Positions 10,454 through 21,039 are shown, counted from the first letter of the stretch. The stretch is 64,000 bases of DNA from Syntrophorhabdaceae bacterium (GCA_963665295.1 OY762209.1:4992001-5056000); one strand, 5' to 3'. Numbers and translations are program-made. The notes: generated by a model not told the origin, from the sequence alone.

Positions 10454-11749
10454 TTAGTCCCTGTTGTCAAAGACCCTTTTTGTTTTTCTCTCCGACCTCG
10501 GCAACGAACCGTAGTCGAGTAGCTCAACGTCGCAACTCACCATTATCTGCTTCTTGATGTCCTTCTCTATGGCCTTCCTCAGGTGCTTGTCGTCGTTGCC
10601 GGCTGCGCCCGCCGTCTTCTCCACCTTGAGGGCCATATAGTCCTTGCCGTCCTCCTTTCTGTCGAGAATGATCTGGTATTCGCTGCCCACACCCTCGATA
10701 TTTGAAAGAATCTGATCGATATGACTCGGGTATATGTTGACCGCCCTGAAAATAAACATGTCGTCGGACCTGCCGAGGATCCTGTCATGCATGGGCATGA
10801 CGCTCCCGCAGGGACATTTTTCCGTGACGATCCGCGTCAAATCTCGTGTCCTGTAACGGACGAGGGGCGCCCCTTCCTTTCTTAGCGTGGTGACCACCAT
10901 CTCACCTACCTCACCGGGCTTGACCGGCGTGAGGGTGTCGGGATCGAGTATTTCGAGGATATAATAGTCCGCCCAGTAATGGATACCTTTGTGGTGAATG
11001 CAATCGAGGCCGGTCCCCGGGCCGTAAAGCTCGGTAAGGCCGGGAATGTCGAAAAGCTGGTCGGGCGCGACCCCTGAAAGCTCGGAAATCCGCGCCCTCA
11101 TGGCATCGCTCGACCGTTCGGAGCCGAAAATCATCTTCCTGAGGGCAATTTTCTCCCGAAGTCCGCGCTTGTCGATCTCCTCCGCAAGGAGCAGCCCCAT
11201 GGAGGCGGTGCAGCAGACCACCGTGGTCTGAAGGTCCTCGATGAACTGGCACTGCATATCGAGGTTTCCGGGCCCTGCGGGAATGGCCATGGCGCCGAAC
11301 CGTTCACACCCGTTCTGAAAGCTGACCCCGGCGGTCCACACCCCGTACCCCACGGCTATCTGGACCCGGTCCTCCTTTGTACATCCCGCATACTCATAGC
11401 ACCTCGCGAACATGTTCGCCCAGTCATCCACATCCTTTTCCGTATAGCAAAGCACTTTCCGCTTTCCCGTGGTGCCGCTCGACGCATGTATGCGGACAAT
11501 CTTTTCAAAAGGTACACTCTGCAAGGGGAAGGGGTAGCCCTCCTGCAGGTCTTTGCTCGTGGTAAAAGGGAGCTTCCTTATGTCTTCCAGGGTCTTTATG
11601 TCTTTGGGGCCGACCCCCGTTTCATCGAACCTCTTTCTGTAGAATTCCGAACCATGATATACATGATCCACTGTCCATTTGAGCCCCCCGGTCTGAAAGG
11701 CGAGGAGTTCCTCCTCCGTCTTTATTTCTCCTGCAAAGCGTCCGTTCAT
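10454..11749 (-). CDS. Phenylacetate-CoA ligase-like aryl-acetate CoA ligase
   Basis: HASSGTTGK, GLTELYGPG, RYRTRD, GRSDDM, KTKRV motifs. Confidence 0.9.
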   Translation of the reverse strand: MNGRFAGEIKTEEELLAFQTGGLKWTVDHVYHGSEFYRKRFDETGVGPKDIKTLEDIRKLPFTTSKDLQEGYPFPLQSVPFEKIVRIHASSGTTGKRKVLCYTEKDVDDWANMFARCYEYAGCTKEDRVQIAVGYGVWTAGVSFQNGCERFGAMAIPAGPGNLDMQCQFIEDLQTTVVCCTASMGLLLAEEIDKRGLREKIALRKMIFGSERSSDAMRARISELSGVAPDQLFDIPGLTELYGPGTGLDCIHHKGIHYWADYYILEILDPDTLTPVKPGEVGEMVVTTLRKEGAPLVRYRTRDLTRIVTEKCPCGSVMPMHDRILGRSDDMFIFRAVNIYPSHIDQILSNIEGVGSEYQIILDRKEDGKDYMALKVEKTAGAAGNDDKHLRKAIEKDIKKQIMVSCDVELLDYGSLPRSERKTKRVFDNRD

Positions 11750-11936
11750 TGTCTACCTCCTGTTAAGTTTACACCTTCTCAAACGGTCGAGCCCGCCGGC
11801 CGCATCGGACCGACCGGTCTTTCCGCGCTTACTGTCGACACTTCAGGATCAACAACTACGGTGTTGTTTTTCACGCAACGCTCAGCCGGGAGAAACCACG
11901 CTGTTTCCCCCGCCGGCGAGCCGCGGCTTCCGCCCG

Positions 11937-13646
11937 TCAGCGTCTGAGTCTCTTCGTCTCCTCCATATCCACTTCGAACGTTCGGGGATCGAGAGCGACT
12001 CCGTAGTCGTCCCTCGCGCTGCCCACACTCACATATCCCTCGATTACGTCACTTGCCACCGCCTCGGGGTCCCGTTCGAAGGGTTTGCCGTACCCCCCTC
12101 CTCCAGGGGCGTCGATGGTCACCAGGTCACCGGGCACAAGCTGGGTCAGTCCATAAGAGTTCCCCGGGTCGCCATTTACCAGGAATCGCGCCTTGGCGCC
12201 GGGCTTACCGTCAAAAAGGCCCTCCGCCGCATAGAAGTACCTGCCCGCCTGAATACCCAGGTTCACGGGGGGCATGGGCGCATACCGGTCATCGGGCACC
12301 CTGAATATCTCTCTTTTCCCGAGGCCGCCTTTCATCCTGCCTATGCCGCCTGAATCGGCGACAAGCTCTCTTTTCTCCACGATGAGGGGGGTGTCACTCT
12401 CGAAGATCTCCACAGGTGTGTTGGCGCCGTTCGCAGGGAAGATATAGACATAGTTTCCGTCGTTCGAGGCGCCGGCCCCCATGCCGCCCCCTCTGATGAT
12501 GACGGAATGCCACGGTTTCCCGCCCTTGTCCTTTCCGTAGAAGACGTTCATCGCGGCCGGGGTCCCTCCCGAGCCCGCGATTACCCTGTTAGGCAACACC
12601 TCGGACAGGGCGCGGTAGATGATCTCCGTGAGAAAATGGCCTACTCCCATCCTCGCGGCCACGGCTGCGGGGAACCTGCAGTTCACCACCGTCCCTTCGG
12701 GCGCGGTGAGGAGTATGGGTCTGGCGCAGCCCTCGTTATTGGGAATATCCGGGGCGAACATGCTCTTCACGGCCATGAATACGTAGGCGTAGGTGAAGTT
12801 GTACACCACGTTGCCGCCCCAGGTTACCTGTCCCGAGGAGCCGTCGAGGTCCACAATGATATCGCTCCCCTTCACCTCCACCTTCGCCTGGATGATAATG
12901 TCTTCCTTCCCCTTCATCTGCTCGATAACCCCCCGGGCCTGATAGACGCCGTCGGGGATCTTCTCGATCTCCTCCCTCATGCTCTTCTCGGTAAGGCCGA
13001 TGATCTGGTCCGCAAGGTCGTCCAGGTTTTCAAGGTCGCTTTCCTTGAGCATCTGGCGCACCTTCTCGGCGCAGACATGGTTCGCCGCGATCTGCGACCT
13101 TATGTCTCCCACTACTTCATCGGGAGTCCTTACGTTCCACCGGATCATGTCGATCACGGACTGATTGAGCACACCCTTGTCATAAAGTTTGACTACGGGA
13201 ATGAAAAGACCTTCCTCAAAGACATCGTGGTTATCGGAGGCAACGCGACCCCCCACGTCGGAGTGGTGGAACACGCAGGCGGTAAAAGCGACGAGGGTCT
13301 CATTGTAAAAGATAGGGCTCATGACGCACACGTCGTTCAGGTGCCCCGCCAGGGCCCACGGGTCGTTGGTAATAAATACGTCTCCCGGCTGATAGTGGTC
13401 CAGAGGGAATCTGGTGACGAGGTTCTTGATCCCAAGGGCCATGGCCCCCGATTGGCCGGGGGTCGCGAAGCTGCCCTGGGCCAGTTCCCTGCCCAACCTG
13501 TCGGTAAACATACAGGTGTAATCGTGGGCATCCCTGAGCAGGCTCGAAAATGCGGTACGGGCCACACTGCTGTCCGCCTCATCCACAATGGAAATCAGCC
13601 TCCGCCATAAAATCTCCAGCGTTATCGGGTCAAAGGCGCGTGCCAT
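11937..13646 (-). CDS. Hydantoinase B/oxoprolinase family subunit
   Basis: DPITLEI, NDPWALAGHLND, HHSDVGG, FEEGL, NTPVEIFE, PGGGGYG. Confidence 0.9.
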   Translation of the reverse strand: MARAFDPITLEILWRRLISIVDEADSSVARTAFSSLLRDAHDYTCMFTDRLGRELAQGSFATPGQSGAMALGIKNLVTRFPLDHYQPGDVFITNDPWALAGHLNDVCVMSPIFYNETLVAFTACVFHHSDVGGRVASDNHDVFEEGLFIPVVKLYDKGVLNQSVIDMIRWNVRTPDEVVGDIRSQIAANHVCAEKVRQMLKESDLENLDDLADQIIGLTEKSMREEIEKIPDGVYQARGVIEQMKGKEDIIIQAKVEVKGSDIIVDLDGSSGQVTWGGNVVYNFTYAYVFMAVKSMFAPDIPNNEGCARPILLTAPEGTVVNCRFPAAVAARMGVGHFLTEIIYRALSEVLPNRVIAGSGGTPAAMNVFYGKDKGGKPWHSVIIRGGGMGAGASNDGNYVYIFPANGANTPVEIFESDTPLIVEKRELVADSGGIGRMKGGLGKREIFRVPDDRYAPMPPVNLGIQAGRYFYAAEGLFDGKPGAKARFLVNGDPGNSYGLTQLVPGDLVTIDAPGGGGYGKPFERDPEAVASDVIEGYVSVGSARDDYGVALDPRTFEVDMEETKRLRR

Positions 13647-13647
13647 G

Positions 13648-15744
13648 TCATACCTCCTTAAGGTCAATCCAGAGAAAACCGAACTCGTCCATGGACACGA
13701 AGCCCTCCTCGCCCACGATGAGCGTCGATTCCTTTTCTTCGATGATTGCGGGCCCCTTGAACCGGGCCCCGGGAAACAGCTTGTACCGGTCGTATACCGT
13801 GTAGGGAATGAAATCCTTGGAAACAGGGGAATATGCCGGACGCCGGCCCTTGACCGCGCCTTCGAGGGACTGGTTCTCCTTCTTCTCCTGCATGGGCAGT
13901 TGGAGGAGGCGCTCCGGGAGGCTCGCCCTCACCTTGAAATTGATGAACTCCACCTCGGAATCCGGGTACGTCCTGCCGTAGAGCTTTTCGTACACGTCAT
14001 CGAAGGCGCGCCGAATGTCCGCTTTTTCGAATTTCGTGAATGGACCCGCAGCCAGGGGCACATTGATTTCCGAGCCCTGACCCACGAAGCGCATGTCGAG
14101 GGACCTTTGATACTGAATCGTATCTTCTTCCGCCTCTTTCTTCAGGATCATGGCGGCGTCCCCTTCGAGTCCCTTGAAAATTTCCTCTATTTCCGTGAAG
14201 GCCACCCCGGAGAGGGGCGCCTTGTGACTTCTTAGCAGATCGAATGCCCTGGGGGCGGTAAAGAAGCCCATGGCCGAGCCCACTCCTGCATTGGGCGGCA
14301 CAAGCAAACGGGGAGCCCCCAGTTTCTTGGCGAGCCCATATGCGTGAACCGGTCCCGCGCCTCCGAAAGCGGCTATGGTGACGATCTTCGGGTTTCCGCC
14401 CTTTTCGGCAATATGGGTCTTTGCCGCCGCCGCCATGGTTTCGTTGATAAGGTCATGGATACCCCAGACGGCCTGAATAAAGGAGACACCAAGGGGCCGG
14501 GCGATCTTTTCTTCAATGCCTTTCCTCGCACCTTCCTTGTCGAGCTTCATCTCTCCGCCAAGGAAGTAGTTCTCGTCGAGATAGCCAAGGAGGAGGTCGG
14601 CATCCGTGACGCACGGGTCACCCCCTCCTTTCCCGTAACAGATGGGCCCCGGAGCAGCCCCCGAGCTCTCCGGCCCGACATGAAGAGTGCCCAGCTTGCT
14701 TACCTTGGCGATACTGCCGCCGCCTGCCCCTATCTCCATCAAGTCCACCACGGGGACCTGGATGGTGAGACCGCTCCCCTTCATGAACCTCTGGACCCGG
14801 CCCACTTCGAAGGTAGGCACCACGCCGGCTACCCCTTTCTGGATAAGGCACGACTTGGCCGTCGTACCGCCCATGTCGAAGCAGAACATTTCCGAAATAT
14901 TGAAATGTTTGCCATAGTACTGGCCCGCGATGACCGCTGCAGTGGGTCCCGACTCTATGATCCTTACGGGGAACTGGGCTGCCGTATCCACGGAGGTGAT
15001 GCCGCCGCTGGAAAGCATGATGAAAAGCTTTCCTTCGAAGCCTATCGATTCCAGCCTGCCCTTGAGTTTGGACAGGTACCTGCCCGTAAGGGGCTTTACA
15101 TATGCATTGGTGACGGTGGTGCTCGTCCGTTCGTATTCCTTTATCTGGGGCAGCACATAGTATGAAATGGAAACGGACATCCCCGGGGCTTCCTTTTCGA
15201 TAATCTCCTTGAGCATCAGCTCATGGGCCGGATTTTCAAAGGAATTGAGGAGACAGACCGCCACGGATTCAACGCCCATGCCGACGAGGGAGCGCACCGC
15301 CTGCCTCGCATCCTCCGGATCGAGGGCCTTGAGGACGGTCCCGTCACTTCTCACCCGTTCGTCCACTTCCAGGCGATATCTCCTGGGGATGAGGGGTTTC
15401 GGGAATTCGGCGAACACGTCATAAGGGGCATATCTCAGTTCCCTTCCGATCTCAAGGACATCCCTGAAGCCTTTTGTGGTGATGAGCCCTGTTCTGGCCC
15501 CTTTTCTCTCAATGATCGAATTGATGACAAGGGTCGTCCCGTGTATCAGTTCATCCAGTTTCGCCACAAAATCCGGTGACGTAGTCTCAAGGGCCCGTAT
15601 CCCCTCCTCAACAGCGTCCGAAGGGTCCTGAGGGGTGGTCAGACACTTGCCGGTCCTTATCTCCCCCGTTTGATCGTTCAACAGGACAAAGTCGGTGAAC
15701 GTGCCGCCTATATCACAGCCCAGCCGGTAATGCTTGTCTCTCAT
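13648..15744 (-). CDS. Hydantoinase A/oxoprolinase family ATP-binding subunit
   Basis: DIGGTFTD, HGTT, ESGP, DMGGTT, IGAGGGS, GPESSGAAPGP. Confidence 0.92.
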   Translation of the reverse strand: MRDKHYRLGCDIGGTFTDFVLLNDQTGEIRTGKCLTTPQDPSDAVEEGIRALETTSPDFVAKLDELIHGTTLVINSIIERKGARTGLITTKGFRDVLEIGRELRYAPYDVFAEFPKPLIPRRYRLEVDERVRSDGTVLKALDPEDARQAVRSLVGMGVESVAVCLLNSFENPAHELMLKEIIEKEAPGMSVSISYYVLPQIKEYERTSTTVTNAYVKPLTGRYLSKLKGRLESIGFEGKLFIMLSSGGITSVDTAAQFPVRIIESGPTAAVIAGQYYGKHFNISEMFCFDMGGTTAKSCLIQKGVAGVVPTFEVGRVQRFMKGSGLTIQVPVVDLMEIGAGGGSIAKVSKLGTLHVGPESSGAAPGPICYGKGGGDPCVTDADLLLGYLDENYFLGGEMKLDKEGARKGIEEKIARPLGVSFIQAVWGIHDLINETMAAAAKTHIAEKGGNPKIVTIAAFGGAGPVHAYGLAKKLGAPRLLVPPNAGVGSAMGFFTAPRAFDLLRSHKAPLSGVAFTEIEEIFKGLEGDAAMILKKEAEEDTIQYQRSLDMRFVGQGSEINVPLAAGPFTKFEKADIRRAFDDVYEKLYGRTYPDSEVEFINFKVRASLPERLLQLPMQEKKENQSLEGAVKGRRPAYSPVSKDFIPYTVYDRYKLFPGARFKGPAIIEEKESTLIVGEEGFVSMDEFGFLWIDLKEV

Positions 15745-15797
15745 ATATCCCTCCACACTCAGCTATTGGAAAAACACGGCAACGGTTTGCGGCTGGA

Positions 15798-17426
15798 TCA
15801 GAATAAGCCCGGTTCCTGAAACTCGCCGAATATCTGTCTGAAGATGTTCGTCATCTCCCCCACCGTTGCGTAGGCCTTGCAGCACTCGACAAGGCAGGGC
15901 ATCACGTTTGCGCCCTCCCGCGTTGTCTTCTCAAGTTCCTTGAGCGTACGGGCCACGTCCCGCTCGGACCTCTCCCTCTTCACTTCCTGGAGACCTTTGA
16001 GCTGTATCTCGGCTGATTCGTAGTTGTACTCGTGGAGTTCCACATCCCTCGGCTCTTCCTCGGTGTAGATATTCACGCCCACTTTGAGAAGTTCGCCTGA
16101 TTGGATGCCCTTTTCGAACTCGTAGGCCTGCCTCGCCACCAGCCTTTGAACGTATCCCGTGGCCACCGCCTTCACGATGCCCCCGATCTTTTCGATCTTC
16201 GCCATCTCCTCTTCGATCTTGCCTTCCATCTCCTTGGTCAGGGTCTCGATGAAGTAGCTCCCCGCAAGGGGGTCTACCGTGTCGCGCAGCCCCATCTCGT
16301 CCATGAGAAGCTGGAGCGTGCGAAGCGATAGGAGGGCGGAGTGGGGTGTGGGGATCGTATAGGCTTCATCGTAGCTGCAAAGGGCCGTGGTCTGGGCCCC
16401 GGAAAGGGCTGCCACGAGGGCGTAGTACGCGCCTCTCATGATGTTGTTCTCCGGCTGCGCCTTGGCAAGGCCATAACCGCCGCCACCGAACAGGCCGCGG
16501 AGATACAGGTTCTGGGGCTTTTTCACATCATACTTCTCCTTCAGGTTCCTGGCCCAGAGCTTCCTCGCCGCCCTGAATTTGGCGACCTGTTCCCACATGT
16601 TGCCGAAGACGTTGAGGTTGAACGAGAAGGTGCCCACAAACTCGTCCACGTCGTACCCCCTCGCGAGCACGTTGTCGATATAGGCGTTGGCGATGAGGAT
16701 CGCACAGGCGATCTCCTGGGCGGGCGTAGCGCCCGATTCCCGTATATGGTAGCCGCACACGCTGACCGGGTTTGCCCTCGGCAGGTTGGTCATGGCATAT
16801 TCGATGGTGTCGCCGATGAGCTTCACGGCGGGCTCTACAGGGAATATCCAGGCGCCCCTTCCGATCATCTCCTTCAGGATGTCGTTCTGGGGCGTCGCGG
16901 AGATCACCTTGGGGCTATACCCGTACTTCTCCGCCACCGCCTGGTACATGGCGAGCATGATGGACGCCACGGCGTTGATCGTAAGGCCCGACCCGATCTT
17001 GTCGAGGCGGATGTCCTTAAAGGCAATTTCAAAATCCCTCAGGGTATCGACGGCCATTCCCACGCGGCCTACCTCTCCGTCGGACATGGGGTCGTCGGAG
17101 TCGTAACCCATCTGAGTAGGAAGGTCAAAGGCCACGTTGAGGCCCGTTTGGCCATGGGCTATCATGAGCTTGAACCGCTCGTTCGTCTCCGCGGGCGTTC
17201 CGAAGCCCGTATACTGACGGGTGGTCCATGCCCTCGACCTGTATCCCAAAGGATGTATGCCCCTGGTGAAAGGGTATTCGCCGGGATCCGCCAAATCCTT
17301 TTCGTAGGAAAAACCTATGCGGTCAAGGTCTTCCGGGGTATAGACCGGCTTTACGTGAATGTCCGACTGGAGTATCACATCGGTTATGCGACCTTTTTCA
17401 TCCTTGATATATTTTGCGACCCCCAT
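15798..17426 (-). CDS. B12-dependent acyl-CoA mutase, substrate-binding (large) subunit
   Basis: PGEYPFTRG, WTTRQYTGF, AFDLPTQMGYDSD, QNDILKE, GYHIRE, DPLAGSY. Confidence 0.92.
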   Translation of the reverse strand: MGVAKYIKDEKGRITDVILQSDIHVKPVYTPEDLDRIGFSYEKDLADPGEYPFTRGIHPLGYRSRAWTTRQYTGFGTPAETNERFKLMIAHGQTGLNVAFDLPTQMGYDSDDPMSDGEVGRVGMAVDTLRDFEIAFKDIRLDKIGSGLTINAVASIMLAMYQAVAEKYGYSPKVISATPQNDILKEMIGRGAWIFPVEPAVKLIGDTIEYAMTNLPRANPVSVCGYHIRESGATPAQEIACAILIANAYIDNVLARGYDVDEFVGTFSFNLNVFGNMWEQVAKFRAARKLWARNLKEKYDVKKPQNLYLRGLFGGGGYGLAKAQPENNIMRGAYYALVAALSGAQTTALCSYDEAYTIPTPHSALLSLRTLQLLMDEMGLRDTVDPLAGSYFIETLTKEMEGKIEEEMAKIEKIGGIVKAVATGYVQRLVARQAYEFEKGIQSGELLKVGVNIYTEEEPRDVELHEYNYESAEIQLKGLQEVKRERSERDVARTLKELEKTTREGANVMPCLVECCKAYATVGEMTNIFRQIFGEFQEPGLF

Positions 17427-17435
17427 CTTTCCCTC

Positions 17436-17840
17436 CTAATCCTTCTTTACGTGGGACTTTAAGTAATCTATGATCTCCGAGAATGGGGTCCCCCCGGGGA
17501 AAACCCCGGATATGCCGAGGGCCTTGAGCTTCGGCACGTCCATGGCGGGGATCACCCCTCCGACGACGAGCATCTTGTCCTCGATCTCCTTCTCTTTCAC
17601 CTTCTGCACCAGTTTCTTCGCAATGGGAATGTGGGCCCCGCTCATGATGGAAAGACCTATGACGTCCACATCTTCCTGCACGGCGATATCGACAATCTGA
17701 TCCACGGTCCTGTGAAGCCCCGTATAGATTACCTCCATGCCCGCCTCCTTCAGCGCATGGGCCACCACCTTGGCGCCCCGGTCATGGCCGTCGAGGCCCG
17801 GCTTCGATACCAAAACCTTTATTCTCCGTTCTTCACCCAC
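17436..17840 (-). CDS. Acyl-CoA mutase cobalamin-binding (small) subunit
   Basis: GLDGHDRG (DxHxxG), SIMSGAH, VGGVIP. Confidence 0.95.
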   Translation of the reverse strand: MGEERRIKVLVSKPGLDGHDRGAKVVAHALKEAGMEVIYTGLHRTVDQIVDIAVQEDVDVIGLSIMSGAHIPIAKKLVQKVKEKEIEDKMLVVGGVIPAMDVPKLKALGISGVFPGGTPFSEIIDYLKSHVKKD

Positions 17841-17861
17841 GCTCCCTCCTTTAAACCTCGT

Positions 17862-18590
17862 TCATTCGAAGTGACCTGATTGCATCGCCTTCAGAATAAA
17901 GTTCTTCCCCTGCAGTATATGGGACTTCACGATCCTCTCCACGTTCTCCTTGTCTCCCCTGCGCATGGCTTCCACCATGGCTTTGTGCCCCTCCAGGGAA
18001 ACCCTGGCATTACTTTGGGAACTGAGCAGGGGTCTTCTGTATCGCGAGATATAGTCCACAAACATGTTGATCAGTTTGTTGAGCATTTCGCTCTTCGCAG
18101 ACCGGTAGATCATCTCATGGAACCGGATATTAAGCTCCATTACCTTTGCGAGGTCTCCTATTTCCAATGCCCGGGAAGACTCGTCGATGATGCTCTCCAG
18201 GGCGGCGATCACCTCATCGCTCACGTGATCGCACGCTTCGGCGGCCGCGTAGCTTTCAAGGGCCGCCCTGATACCGAAGGCTTCGTGTATATCCTCCTCC
18301 GATATCTTCTTCACTATGATGCCTCTTACGGGCAGCCTCTGCACAAACCCGTACTGTTCGAGTCTTTTTATCGCCTCCCTGACAGGCACCCGGCTCACCT
18401 GCATCTTGTCGGAAAGCTTCTGCTCCACCAGCCTCTGGCCGGGCTTCAAATCGCCGTTTACAATAGAGTCCTTCAGTATCCTGTAAACAACTTCCGCCAT
18501 TGATCTATGCTTGCCCACCGGCTCGATCCGGTCCAGAAAATCTGCCGGGTCCGACGGTATTTCCTTCTGAGGTTCCTTGCTTCTTGCCAT
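17862..18590 (-). CDS. GntR family transcriptional regulator (FCD domain)
   Basis: LKPGQRLVE...VSRVPVREA winged HTH; NIRFHEMI. Confidence 0.92.
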   Translation of the reverse strand: MARSKEPQKEIPSDPADFLDRIEPVGKHRSMAEVVYRILKDSIVNGDLKPGQRLVEQKLSDKMQVSRVPVREAIKRLEQYGFVQRLPVRGIIVKKISEEDIHEAFGIRAALESYAAAEACDHVSDEVIAALESIIDESSRALEIGDLAKVMELNIRFHEMIYRSAKSEMLNKLINMFVDYISRYRRPLLSSQSNARVSLEGHKAMVEAMRRGDKENVERIVKSHILQGKNFILKAMQSGHFE

Positions 18591-18606
18591 TGCCTTTGTT
18601 TCTCCT

Positions 18607-19761
18607 CTATTTTTCCGTTTTCCCCACGATCAACCTCCCGAGAAAGTCTTTGAGAATCTCGTGGGTTCCTCCTCCGTAAAGGAGGAACCGGGCATCCCGG
18701 AAGTGACGCTGCGGGTTGTACTCGCGAGCGAAGCCGTTCGCGCCCCATATCCTTGTTACTTCATCCACCACCTTGAGGCATGTTTCCGTGGCGAACATCT
18801 TTGCCATGGCCGCCTCTTTACGGCTCGACAGGCCTTCCTTAAGCCTCCATGCCGCGGAGAATATCATGAGCCTGCTCGCCTCCATCTCCGTTGCCATGTC
18901 GGCGAACTTTGCCCTGATCAACTGGTATGTGCCGATGGCTTTGCCGAAGGCCGTCCGTTTTCTCGCATATTCCAGGCCCTCCGCCATGGCTGCGGTGGCG
19001 ATACCGAGGGCCATTGCGCCCGTCATTACCCTCACTTCGTCGAGTATCTCCCCCAGGTACTCAGTGCCCTTGTTCACCTCGGCCCCCAAGAGGTTTTCCG
19101 CGGGGACCCTTACGTCCTCGAGGACCAACTCGCCTGTGATGGTGCCCCTGCACCCGAGTTTATCGATTATCTGTCCTGCGGAAAATCCCGGAGTCCCCTT
19201 TTCCACGAGGTAAAAGTTGAGTCCCTTTACTCCGAGAGAGGGGTCCGTGGTGGCAAGCACCGTGGCGAAGTCGGCGATGGGACCGTTCGTTATCCACATC
19301 TTGGTGCCGTTCAATATCCATTCGTTCCCGTCCTTTACCGCGGTGGTGCGGGTGGAGGCGAGGTCGGAGCCGGACTGGTCTTCGGTGAAACACATGGTGG
19401 CGATCTTTTCGCCCCTCATGGCGGGATATAGACACCTCTCCTTCATCTCCTCCGTGCCGAACCGGTAGATAAAATAGGTACCCATGAGAATATTCATGAT
19501 CACGCTCTGGGCAAAACCCACGGACCCCCGGGCGATCTGCTCGTAAAAAATCATGGCAGTCACGGGGTCGGCGTTCATACCCCCTATCTCCTCGGGATAC
19601 CGCAAGCCCAGGTAGCCCAGTTTGGTGAATTCACGCCACACTTCGTAGGGAAATTCATCTTTCTCATCTATTTCCTGAGCCTTCGGCACCACCATACGGT
19701 TGACTGTATCGGTAATCATCTTCTTGAAGAATTCCTGCTCTTCCGTCAATGCAAAATCCAT
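18607..19761 (-). CDS. Acyl-CoA dehydrogenase
   Basis: FTEDQSGSD, NGTKMWITN, RTAFGKAI, GANG, RDAR. Confidence 0.92.
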   Translation of the reverse strand: MDFALTEEQEFFKKMITDTVNRMVVPKAQEIDEKDEFPYEVWREFTKLGYLGLRYPEEIGGMNADPVTAMIFYEQIARGSVGFAQSVIMNILMGTYFIYRFGTEEMKERCLYPAMRGEKIATMCFTEDQSGSDLASTRTTAVKDGNEWILNGTKMWITNGPIADFATVLATTDPSLGVKGLNFYLVEKGTPGFSAGQIIDKLGCRGTITGELVLEDVRVPAENLLGAEVNKGTEYLGEILDEVRVMTGAMALGIATAAMAEGLEYARKRTAFGKAIGTYQLIRAKFADMATEMEASRLMIFSAAWRLKEGLSSRKEAAMAKMFATETCLKVVDEVTRIWGANGFAREYNPQRHFRDARFLLYGGGTHEILKDFLGRLIVGKTEK

Positions 19762-19827
19762 ATATGCCTCCTCGCGAAATCAGTTAAGGGGCTTTCGCCC
19801 TCAAGCCGGTGGTGGGACCCGGCGCAC

Positions 19828-20979
19828 TCAGACATCTCCATGTCTCAGACTCTCCGCCGCAATGATCGTTTTCAATATCTCGGAAGTCCCTCCGCCGAAG
19901 AGGAGAAAACGGGCGTCCCTGAAATACCTCTGGGCCGGGAATTCCTCTGCTATCCCGTACGCGCCGTGGATGCGGGTCACCTCGTCCACCACGTAGCACG
20001 CGGTCTCCGTGGAATAGAGCTTGGCCATGGCCGCCTCCTTGCCCGAGAGTTCTCCCCGGTCTTTGAGCCATGCCGCATAGTACGTGAGGAGCCACGATGT
20101 CCTGATCCTCATGTCCATCTCCGCAATCTTCTCCTGTATAAGCTGGAACTTGCCTATGGGTTTGCCGAAGGCAACCCGTTCCTTCGCATACTTCAATCCC
20201 GCGGTTCGGGCACTTTCCGCGAGGCCGAGGCCAAGGGCGGAGATCATTACCCGTATTTCGCTCAGGATGGCGTTCAGATATTGTGCTCCCCTGCCTTCTT
20301 CCCCCAGGAGGTTCTCCTTCGGGACCCGACACTCATCAAGAATAAGCTCTCCCGCGCTTGTCCCCCTGGCCGAGATCTTCTTGATATCGTGGCCCACGGA
20401 AAAACCGGGGTGATTTTTCTCCACGAGAAAAAACCCGAGGCCGTTGACCCGTTTGGAGGGGTCGGTCGTGGCCGCCACGGTAAAGAAGTCTGCGTCCCTG
20501 GCGTTCGTGATCCAGAGCTTTCTCCCGTTCAGCACGTAGCTGTCGCCGTCTTTCCTCGCCCGTGTCTTGACCGCCCCCAGGTCGGAGCCGCAGTCCGGTT
20601 CGGTGAAGGCGATGACCCCGATCTTCTCACCTTTAACGGCAGGGGCAAGAAGGCGCGTCTTCTGTTCATCAGTGCCGAAACGGTGGATAAAATCGGTGCC
20701 CATGAGGCACTGCATGGTTACGCCGGCCGCGAAGCTGATCGACACCTTCGCGAGTTCCTCGGCGAATATGGTGAAGGTCACACAATCGGACCCCATGCCC
20801 CCCGCTTCCGCAGGATACCTTATCCCGTAATAGCCAAGTTTTCCCAGTTCCCTGAATACTTCAAGGGGGAATTCATCATCTCTGTCGATCGCTTCCGCAT
20901 GGGGGAGTACGATCTCCCTGAGCGTCCGGGAGACTTGTTCTTTGAAAAACCGCTGTTCTTCCGTAAAATTGAAATCCAT
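19828..20979 (-). CDS. Acyl-CoA dehydrogenase
   Basis: FTEPDCGSD, NGRKLWITN, RVAFGKPI, RDAR. Confidence 0.92.
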   Translation of the reverse strand: MDFNFTEEQRFFKEQVSRTLREIVLPHAEAIDRDDEFPLEVFRELGKLGYYGIRYPAEAGGMGSDCVTFTIFAEELAKVSISFAAGVTMQCLMGTDFIHRFGTDEQKTRLLAPAVKGEKIGVIAFTEPDCGSDLGAVKTRARKDGDSYVLNGRKLWITNARDADFFTVAATTDPSKRVNGLGFFLVEKNHPGFSVGHDIKKISARGTSAGELILDECRVPKENLLGEEGRGAQYLNAILSEIRVMISALGLGLAESARTAGLKYAKERVAFGKPIGKFQLIQEKIAEMDMRIRTSWLLTYYAAWLKDRGELSGKEAAMAKLYSTETACYVVDEVTRIHGAYGIAEEFPAQRYFRDARFLLFGGGTSEILKTIIAAESLRHGDV

Positions 20980-21039
20980 CAGCCTCTTCTCATCTCCGTC
21001 GGCGCGCCCTCGTCCGATTCGCCGGACCCGGGTCCGCCC

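Noticed and set aside
15798..17840. Calling the mutase a canonical methylmalonyl-CoA mutase
   Set aside because: Pocket substitutions and the aromatic-catabolic context argue for a different substrate, so no gene symbol is given.
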